This document shows positions 63,401 through 64,000 of a stretch of 64,000 nucleotides of DNA, piece after piece (the first letter of the stretch is position 1; each line of letters begins with the position of its first letter). A model generated the notes under the pieces. That model was not told where the DNA came from. It saw only the letters and a list, made by a program, of their open reading frames with translations, and ran no database searches. The stretch spans positions 15,557 through 79,556 of the forward strand of contig JADFYJ010000012.1 in NCBI GenBank assembly GCA_015233115.1. The letters are read 5' to 3'. The DNA comes from Candidatus Omnitrophota bacterium. Its GTDB lineage: Bacteria > Omnitrophota > Gorgyraeia > Zapsychrales > Zapsychraceae. A program made the position numbers and the translations under genes.

Positions 63401-63998
63401 GCAATATCGTCGACATCCAGCTATTCGTTTGCGTCTGAATGCGCTTTAAAGCATCTAATATTTCTTTTTCCCCTTCAGGTTTGCCCTTTGACCCGTATTT
63501 TTCATTCAAATAATTTTCTACAAGTAACCGCTGTTGCTTTGAAAGATCGGCAAAAAGATCTTGGTCTGGTCTTTCTTTCGCTTTCCCTTTATTCCCGCTT
63601 TTTTGCTCTCGTATATATTTTTCATAAATGGTTCGTAATAATTCAAAAAATTGAATGTCCGTGTCTGTACCATTCAAAGCACTCAGCTCCACAAAAAGAA
63701 CTTGTTCCCAATCAATGCCTTGTTCACGGATTCTAAAAAACACATCTATCAAAGCAACAAGCCTCACTTTTACTCTATCCAGAGGTATTGTTAAACCTCT
63801 GGCCGCAATTTCGAAGAAAATCAAACCTATCGAAGGGGATATCCCAAAATTAGTCGCTAAAATAAAATTCAATTCCATGATTTGTTTTTCAAATTCTACT
63901 TCAGCGTCCTCAGTTGACTTCCTCTCTGCCTGGAGAGCGCCGTCCAACTTATTTTTTTTATAAATATTAAAAAATCCAGCAATGATCAAAAGCCCAAC
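36495..63998 (-). CDS. Giant multi-domain, multi-pass membrane protein (>9,160 aa, 5' end outside the window)
   Basis: Stop-free 27.5-kb frame, open to the right edge (the track's TTG start is preceded by GTT GGG CTT). Motifs for J-domain, PLP/PALP, DUF218, cupin, HD, phosphodiester glycosidase, CofD/YvcK, 2 NTP-transferases, 2 HAD, Zn-PLC-like, 2 GT2, HEAT, PI3/4K-HipA-like kinase, EndoU-like, metallophosphoesterase, GNAT and a HExxH peptidase. Confidence 0.93.
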   Translation of the reverse strand, partial: VGLLIIAGFFNIYKKNKLDGALQAERKSTEDAEVEFEKQIMELNFILATNFGISPSIGLIFFEIAARGLTIPLDRVKVRLVALIDVFFRIREQGIDWEQVLFVELSALNGTDTDIQFFELLRTIYEKYIREQKSGNKGKAKERPDQDLFADLSKQQRLLVENYLNEKYGSKGKPEGEKEILDALKRIQTQTNSWMSTILQGLVLEIALYSSKKHEVQPRVEFILDFLNRLHEQNIDCEKVFNNEFFEAYNLEGGEDIGKFNKILVSIYNEKILNQERERDKANREREQQQRAKREEKERQEQEERRKREEKRQHEEEKKSEEQKNQRRSRNNGHEAPAFEVLGLQKGASWAEVKAARNKLAKELHRDKNTHLPKEEQLKKEEQLKEVLVVYEHIKIWMNSAVCFWGTVWFGIYFLRRGGRSLLRQAVEILKAFIKEYGLFKGFYKALTAPLATPNSHDIAFKHLSRLYQQAIDVHEQAHLEGASEKEAYLVNMGKIIKKRSDIQGQASINCASTIQKFKDNKDNLDATIEELDHGAFYGIVADEVIEEAVRRLKIKTLEFMRASISLVDHGYNLTDRKSFPCAVFSKAVRISSEKTKEIYPQLISIEVGGSLDFLAAGLKKIGVEKFGDFDFNVNLLRDAADEDVDNMLEFFAQTLNGFIKEWDMNFENIKRMIPERSIADISFGTMFIKEVDFFFRYFDQANLTDLDLREQIRDYLIERASEFDSLFWIRHHDQSGRLVSKQFTLKDNPRKYILKYLAYEYYFGGSKGREFFNEIRDKYLECAEDEYYSLGELIGRSDRLDKLLRSVRYLSKPQFKIHTENLDFSFLVRDGEDNYGELDSIFDVDEAKVVLGDVLGLSEVKISEIFQSEDLNTVVVELGEQPTGSFKSWSGYEMIKIARSNSKIDSFVTATTGNQGIAMSYIVKVVGEKLGRKLEAIIYVGANTPETKILKMRELGAKVVQYKDNTDQKFMNYEEAYDAALTQSKLEENRYFVRHANEFTIAGYAALNENIIRQLKLKNMDLNRAVVIAPVGSGGFASGVTLAFKRENSRTKIFLVQTERTKHAYCSLKAGKLVGYYTDYSGRLAEDSLDTKVLEPTAFEVLNALSDGVITVSSKHIYDAAKEFLFAGIAAEGGAVTPYVALQNLKEYLIRIGVKHVVLMLTGANSKACYQTKIDAILEQTKNVVQANAPPATQQEGFVDIKFIESEVPTEKPSAVENAIFRKIQNGPGVITVLNDKKEEVIRRTITVAGIASLAKNFLVSFLAQRDALPAKVDWIMAFGNEYLETVFETARLYLDGKADAIMFVGGIGHSTVNLVEEAAKYLQISTDKLSGLAEAEIMEQVFRAYLRGEGLSEAEINNIKLYLVTESRNCQENVELARDKIEFLGLPVDKVILIQQPPLQRRMGLTFDKWFRTKYPDVKAFNRAAFIPEGDLLDDLDYLATLIDEAEKLEIYAKPRFNYIPALSFEGVDRGKLPTDIQAAVDQVKQEIGMMQLVEVEDEDVAIKIKVGNKARTSINDPIQIETGSYRSGSSMTGFANEKYEAVIYLKSGEAVVKIKADGREFLVKAGDIIASFSHMDLTFAKDSEYLVYRQTDELAVVADRHEMIEGEQETADGRFIIRDGAIAAEVYRDQDGLLLASIYRETMAMPSKMALITPKSAAIGVGIKEATGQEAMHQHNKDGRSRIEAILVKGGTANAQVSNVQAVEIKDIEVKENETLLLAQFSVHGFEFDHTRMAVIIQEPGRPADKQEAGVNKTCLYLKQIQRELASIGIVDAGNIRLNIEHIFKTPHVGQTLQILRTNGLLTSLLPFLSILDGAHQGYKFHFEGDALQHTIHLFNHFPKLILGESKFILQLAVLFHDISKGHPALQKIDADGQKSFKDQKGRQHNRYSAVMTRRILREIGFGAGVVRDVTWLVNNHCFGGVVRDPKVSFEKLAAVFNHRLYPLLYELIKMDVSTGMVVEEGAGHILFLEEQEKIYRKKLLQNVNALSLFNISENRPAGNGVVISDVSFEKDNQAAQGRVIVFDPVKIDLKLWFDPEGRAYDFSRYAVLEKFAVDHGLQFKEFPGLTVEEFVANKDLIFAVNGHQGNFYLANTLLIVDGQIISKTAHGIGQQEFTPLNGEYVFFVLDSNNLGFRKVTIRNGAAVEDIYDIKNALTGPLLRVNGENRISEIQKACPHIAQHEATWDKNVARFAMSIIGLNKNGKIVQISLRGNPEEKDELGLYDVVKLFDELEIVDAMLLGSSADVQQYVAAEQNKLLTAKTRKGSGLGVDRRPLTSILYGQEKKADGLFGSAQESVIENDMYEQQILETVQKLNLVSVRPCLNKTSLLEVCSQGRQELFSYIEQHSILKNREDVLRVLRAKLANVQKGPNEDKKEEEFVKIYEIIFAQKLNSQNSMVIFSGGTGSNKLTTGLLGQGVNPVMLLNAYDDGKSTGDIRKNFGLLGPSDIAKNWVVLFQDLHPDMTQLLEHRLGRTGSVNYYRQMIMDVTAERNLSNELGRLVDKLNPSMRRIILNYLSAFNARLDEWEQQNGKTYDLRDYGVRNIIFVGAFYFYGGDYHQAINRMIKDFNLKGSIVLNNQEPLWLVAITEQGQLLNCEAEIVDRNLEDEISAIYLVRKTLDQYEMAEFNACCSIVEKKAFMKNRFAIYPQAEQVALDAIKGTNAIVFAPTTFDSSLSPTLITQGIAQAVREKKCLKIVVANLVRERGKLTVGENMRQLQQYLNDGKDTGVDSVLDYVLVDYHGNRTDGVVQAHHIPIDDEYICSMGIEPIKAAISKGGKHDSHLTAEILCSLEGLDDLGYRIFKGRLTHKNLYDLVAKAKDQLRYLLNNPILFDDYEGKIKNIICDLAGIKDIGQYRPLRPVRVVILASGKASRLQSDKPKVLYPIAGRPNLAHLLEATKNIDTKPVLVVREEDEFAINDFLTTYPKYQVEVVVVKTLPGTAVALMSSERILKDFDGDVLLMWGDITNIQDKTLKTALAVHQLLDHTVMTMPTVWEREPYAGLTRNDQGEVEGIFLTKEHPEQKRLFGEHDSSVFIFDKRKVFAYNQKLINDSGVMDGKISELNFLKIIPLLTRLGETVIGIACSDPYEVIGFNTQEEAAQVQQYYYLMRNKANNGRKASINKQLIFDALNSIKNDEQASQVSPENIDRYLYRFNEYLAQGYQGVVVDVDETLTDERGKLPEFIVDQLVDLANKKIYVGIITARTDDSLRNKFLNLILNHARCNLHTLPFFYIYPVNGAYGYRLDRGSVSKFYEKTIPAYVTQAAISLLRTYILAYDEDYSVSKYKIHIWPKKPGNQMNMVQRINQLFDLSGLPLTALRSSSIETSGSITISSKGLNKGTALKHFLKDTSLELDKVVKIGDMAEKEAVDHSLLVGKGSFSVNRYDYESENQIPVSLICKLKRAEATGWLLRQIKFEAIKTAGGSNGYSVVKFIFMAAFMAVSSKAWTRTMYVDSLAGNDLDWAALGCIAIPIGLFAVIFFVGFMIYGYSIQRALWKFFVVALIEDFHHKVKIFRLFKNQPPGIISRDILPSHAVDRIHEYLLLLNGFIYSLLRRAIGFIFYICPVNHWGHFDRRIMINWAANQIHYGVPLFNRYYVDSTYAWALKAGFDKWEARLLASACITTDSYLNFVPFYRSAEYQYLRMHMNMNRKPNGAGDQENDSRIIFAKEMLEKALETAAQKGTSHYQIFYYLGRGVHALQDITAHGDFLPYEDPAWTHDARIDGVDPQGKLIYGLNRLKETKRLTVAYIKEFLDQTRVNAPDKVMAIPADVAGFTPVPLGQVIIRGKNNFKWDETLWAQMNPAYQERLKEIMGFMSHYVTGPPLKTNIIIEPAEINASSMWYDYVENAVHIQAVHLSNDVSLKYSQIMAHHEFILHALLRLKERDAEPLTIELLQNNNLIARNTGDLTDRFFVFSSESALKFELTEKTARTKARDLMGSWSGELSQNPKSLPLEQIEWVLDYLKTKGARALKSAGEYYQIFNERTLELKKSKSSLWEVEKPLAKGVENFLEFLRSMSAPMVLVSGGPIEHKVWELAALNVRQYFEEVYAELSPSSLALGVALFDKKKIVEAVIKQQQIDPRRVLSIGDGRQDARLAKDLGLPFIAVARQSKDAEKLLEVNPSAIIIKDFTDEAKFKEIINRINPQLVIWAWDGTIFVGSDGWREIIAEILLGIQKEAAREIAARKKISVIVPCRSGARLWHPNFHVDGQNSLYEKLAQMKEAFRNHVDTVWEVVFVDDGSPLQETKQLIDQILRSNPDFAEFVKNHQVRTLALEDVLAQEGLSSVDESKKGGAVLYGMRDALRNGADYVFYTDTDLSTDLKQIHLLLDSLVKQTADVVFGSRYVKDAKTQGRSEQARLSSFVFNFFIHSLFPPLKRVSDTQCGFKAFSREALEDILSRAEDRQMSFDVELLFLAAIAGYRLKEVPIVWNEDKKGTSVDLEKDAPIMLSRLMRLRQKMYPGSLLTIAASWFIPIIITAMHGYVYAKELFAQFFIYRNFLKLRVPSFYNADQQYVWNSAQLVLSYREHFNKNPRAAYYFNWASEPTAGAGDVLSNRIAHLWAIRSRYFGELNRGERFEILEKIFAVLIHKTLDEDLWKNAKEILTEMLESFDFEIWAPAFKRCLDSFQREAEKEAWIAVIEAIIPVRGKLENPTLVKVLRQNLLSRQPWIVESAAFILGEMRPVKVSIRRYMRQALQQVKDPEARQTIDDAMVKLYGREGRMLIRRYSAPTEQDLLQGLRTPEAIAAIKGEELIHLAEGNYADDRGKLDSRFSFVKPLDVTRFFTNPIDVHTDSLAGEKILIKSGVDYLIWTEIIAHKFFALLGLPVVKMQRVKVQQRDRFGKLQQTTNAEPDMADVLAMEYAEGYRMGGLWLDAPFHHTAEIQGAFILSLLLGERDRVPKNMLFKRSDDIRGPPVLHIDFGCSLMFRATGGFLPFPASMDALIMQDILRSPRLGSRDIVNEAYGFAAQNEHYLSALVERIGSITDEQIATIVDRSGMPSGEQGLAILAQWIRQLETENKAGRWNRKARYQRMAPINTFHAAIKAGGLAEYIKFALKLRRDALVKMFGKHDAGLSGSPTRSALMALPQVKISIVMPSRAKRITIFSVFEHVQALPINKEIIIVIDGVNKANPAILNQLRSLANQPNVVVIEHPSNMGKGMTVRSALQAATGEIFVVQDSDGEYDPNDIPGLVELFEQPNVDVVYGSRRLEHEPENVPYMRFYFGGRLLTWLTNFLYRSQITDEPTGYKLYRTRLLRQLVLKGEHFELEPEITAKVLRLGHKIIEKQIQWTPRTIEQGKSINWIDGVSAIWTLIKYRFTNKNTFIKSQPLSTENKENTEPEEVSAESKGPEPVNRDNEVLITRDFMEQEVFSLTREYNNKQQQFILKQGAASTKGWRHILARHTIAGKLLRPSGDSIFPQHLSDHQILGLILLTLEKGYHTNTLSGDDCYRYFLTEDESGRFGIEFMHVGVSLRKDSEQGKVWEIINAFPLFGKNNRYKRGELRDFYFWYWRKSIRRSDFSLDINGEHDKVLSNIRLAFRVRGREAEGIRISTAPETPDIIARMLKEGRKKIISSNNGEETRIKIIYDQPFDWQGQAVKEVVFSLDLKERFPGARRYYLTDICVVFGSRGAVSACGYQLPRKVQAVAERIMDTIFKKALIHSNDFKKTYWQFILDGLRKRGINAADLENFANGWNISYMVVSPLSTGTRGKTYGLGVLQNEDFPAEDFAPGRDIFATRSIDEDHKKIQIWVAEGLWYKAPRDLRQEVLAHEAYGAFREAGYEESPELRKAIDEEIEKQAKKNCQIPDEERRDLGLLDLKGSLHARESAFAVLVCPEHKKDEVSPLIVLLQHLRREMIRQYEESMKNSRDEICCNGDMGINRVNMMAEVRQYLDKFGFDNLAEYVADQAEFFDKNIFVLDYALLTSAVAKDIFSVVQTLVRGAGCAVELYVDLVPEMKINIEQVNSGFVEFFMTKEINEVLDSAINHRKGLTGWKDASAIVFGDLLHKLLALPKNSVYVKNLDHVAVFKPRGENKKRIIKIVIKSLDTASIGQSESVCPLFLIDYWAYAQDVESISNSMAVYLSEYTLELSFGCDIQRDSPFYLEPIHPFAGKLPFKKFDAVWVSVNRGNGQQGEFSDPALLDLAPIIMARRVFAWFSLWHDIHRETGWRGLAQLLWHDGCIISALAIYYFLKAITFGYWAPPVETRFAFFEMAQTIDGKIYYHPAFYFLPTAVRQAIITHEETHAKEYKFSFLAVEQELNAYLMEISSASQLIAFIREINRPVQYELIAGSEVLLADGSHGLTYPRTCVYASGLSELILQNRFGPRITLTRKDGWDRSRQYFHQWLEVIFEKRKFYLSFTDGQFSAGYPGQKSDDKLTANDDRQPLPIARIEYLQWYFEQELDDFVLIDITKGEDQKALYDWLGYYPKKTYIGEQDEWDFKKQIYFSKALADKNLTASKWLVKNSQMFPEEEPSTGNAIDESIRYGAYAGYVGFLIYGVARFLIPCALWVDVTCLSVLASMIILPLATASFIESAMDFRLNNFWFQRNNYELIPEFKDLHKARDIRDLYERDPESLHKIEYVKFSRGFGEMFIDFKAMRFVPPFIQKIIYFHATLHYLMGFRDETFAVQMTFCYPMAKKLLFISGGLMIGFLFGFPVTPVSLGYVFGLLLYTMYFSSLATYFVKLRGERRTASGYYYPVSRRRTKLTPAEIDNMISGYVHGRYIIEGQPCRWREWLKGEDNEPQVVGIETPDERSEAVLVIRGNVHVSKIMEETRAALARITKSALVLIIADQGTDQSNVIDRKVQLRLITDKVFEAIKVIRKENAGASYEVVKKASLIKIKSLKGTVLDPDTQNTVWGKISFRQVRLNLNKKSKEQIIEAINKLKPKDINKIAVILRKALNTTARTKYELKFNDINTIEILLQKSMNRPARVKYEVKNVDVRATEYDLTRLRELDHIYRRWISNLAYHTVDRDVFISQPHGHLSRLKSAVDWLISQGYKRAVIAGDIFARKKLWPGEMPSPYTPVLEGGFTVEIFDYLRDLPRSGQKFELVFLAGKSEYLFLQSLFQYDPSLPKQTTSVGIRTKKEDKMNWLTRPVFGGPALWHSLQVLSGKSPEAAKSEKERTEINEARAFNERLKGLANATGESLPVLWARYYRFHPKVLEIARFIIENARLVFYEDLSHRAYLVGSIPKHALMIEELKIIEQKIKNDLRLCMALLEITTQVWDMVSETKSIPVLRSIFLVKIRHQLDAFFDKQHKLDILYGRPLITQNSLHDFVGQLFEFLTELKDREDLISEEMIAKEILDFISVEMTASAKFFEDTFKLVFEGGGTSVWNPDQSAGGLLTDENSDLARQKERLILGIHVAMNEDSFSSRKAANELGDIRIMDSMGNVLLVSVPALQTGAFEAQVVAVPYRRHLEPITWLEEFLGVPLVNKNLVFKKLPDNNILTLDQFNAIVEQITEKHANYRSTLYIEPKFYKQFSWNKVLRNFYVTVFFEDGELVISLCDLQGIYKEPMVQLILSARNRDKIGNNFIRVMEQVIDTKWHGQPGCRGVQEIVQEYDQVINPVQKAKRRWFGMAGIFGNVSENAEQELNVSAQSLKNVEVMPVEKDWLTIDKDVQPNVYAFNKKSERAPPVFIWERFVDGQLQFFFSDCLWEQYFLNAIKDSTRSGKTRLTQAVLLHATLEQVNHLSHDAANSEGLRQDPEALFELYQIYLKYLQMNFAGKCDEEIARVGQILREWAEPLDEFSRIQSWKGLDDHKQIVEHVVQLFRGQLTERLFEAIESIIKLAVDFTWQPCCIHHGMTMDIAKICEEEPLLLEICASLIFKILHQQDTDEFKKAAIAEIIERLIWLSSKIVTADMPHIMELLVQEWSECSPLETLQECFSAYRTQAPPQFGSALSGSKVDLADGLIMKPFAKELYFLEKYGTVIGFVEARLITGHKEMRLMVHVFRVQDTRQGIGEKVLQWAAKQAGEGNYIVVPYPVMDKTFNFMLKNTRQLFDSIEAMSSSKHAYCEIPSSDYRWVNVTSLEEAKALVKLGEQLYIRGKIGFAGSASYIKEFLKRESGLSVRAYVLGAGRGKRARATINMPKPLIEVNGRPIYSYTLDKLLKLEIPVTIITGFGAPALEQSIINRYGKNAPCFHRVSAPDGTGLINTGNNFLFIQDALAADPCEYVLVMNLDDIYPNDVFITTMIQTQCREQAAVVLTVHNQEPLNFGRVIRQSNGSFYQIVEPSRFNETSIAIGKGTIFEQDIPMSEVKAIKECNTNVILFTKSKLLEVLAYFADSQKSFSVGEILKEMRRRNMTVTVANLDEKDKFYSCNSPQEILQAESMIQTWEALEIHKAGDTMLHSYGMVLFAMFGALFALPMLTASPTVLQRIIFYSLWLGFATSSAVTYFKTTRKLAVSSKPQSGISQMIKELILSLVPPQEIVPDFNKKMEEIDQAQKKLNARCAILAGSRSFHSGQTGSILNALLFVIVVAGVIFGSLMVTKNITVVVALFVLVFLAGIFMFSDGKEYWARFVKKFEAKKEKQIQNKKAEQKLNFLQKVEGLKKIFQNIKTHDLAGLKEELEQIEAGLGEIDFRPADIRNITRQIKKWRTAIADEQRNRDRVQKQTEATAEADRLVRLKTENMLRQKEQARQEREHRVQALKQKDERRFNEDYQLFCELSEQMWQLQSIDEAEKMIRTVLDFEEHMHPRLAQEGIILIEDTGEILAYCEEFIRIQNALDLANESTLFDQRLLEPLSAEVSLQNILTHGMTFKSQKSLMCFLIGKRGLSVDKIKLYKGFLRALRDLALVEYLKKSDKFTELPTKEFLNSLSKGLSKTNYENLEIFTNELWNLKREQVLQCVQHFLGSLGYPEEIIVFTKEQIDIYEYQSNEKNGLAAQRFYLSEGARLSSENLLKFLTYDDSFEPAFRLGWTPRLFYRYFKDILANKYFPEDIVMHLVCSRVSFLFAVNDPGTEMKINLANERFSPLDAIHSVPYTIRHESCHFILNRNGYSSVQLKHPQNQLQAWLKEQYLSLDREFTKIFTEQLKYDQLEWLHAQFILNEIMTEAMTVLLFPEGTKKGSKFFEQARWKKIHVYRNLYESLIYRCVVVEMFASMEGQSLSNKKFLMNISSRYYREALKIIGDREKQDKVLDALRKFYKHFSQEDILGFKNRFVRGEIFKS

Positions 63999-64000
63999 AC

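Noticed and set aside
37377-63963. Many small + strand and alternate-frame ORFs inside the giant gene
   Set aside because: Shadow ORFs with no recognisable motifs; the main frame carries the domain signatures
63987-63989. TTG at 63989 as the true start of the giant gene
   Set aside because: The frame stays open to the window edge and the codon lies inside a hydrophobic stretch; the real start is probably upstream
36495-63998. NRPS/PKS, RTX or Rhs identity for the giant ORF; DGR or intein involvement
   Set aside because: No carrier-protein serine motifs, RTX nonapeptides, YD repeats, reverse transcriptase, or clear intein block motifs were seen

Overview
AT-rich bacterial chromosomal window with almost all genes on the minus strand. 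The left 36 kb is mostly housekeeping: a TonB-dependent receptor (partial), two PilZ proteins, cvpA-like, mnmE, folC, purH, rpsU, a P-II protein, nth, era, a PfkB kinase, an M48 peptidase, an Lrp plus aminotransferase pair, a B12 radical SAM enzyme, pncA/pncB, tRNA-Val/tRNA-Asp, two type II TA pairs, and a PyrR-attenuated pyr operon with mutM inside it. The right 27.5 kb is one open frame of more than 9,160 aa that runs off the window. It encodes a multi-pass, polyprotein-like giant made of about 16 enzyme-like domains, many with altered catalytic motifs, separated by a recurring (A/G)PP...HExxH-like module. A frameshifted ~1,100-aa protein has a conserved-looking N-terminus, variable payload modules and a GGID C-terminus. 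The giant gene and this protein suggest an Omnitrophota-like organism (inference, no database search run). Intergenic regions carry a family of elements built from 7- or 8-bp tandem-repeat arms in inverted orientation around a shared AAAAGCGATTG-like motif, plus other structured repeats. All domain calls come from reading motifs by eye.
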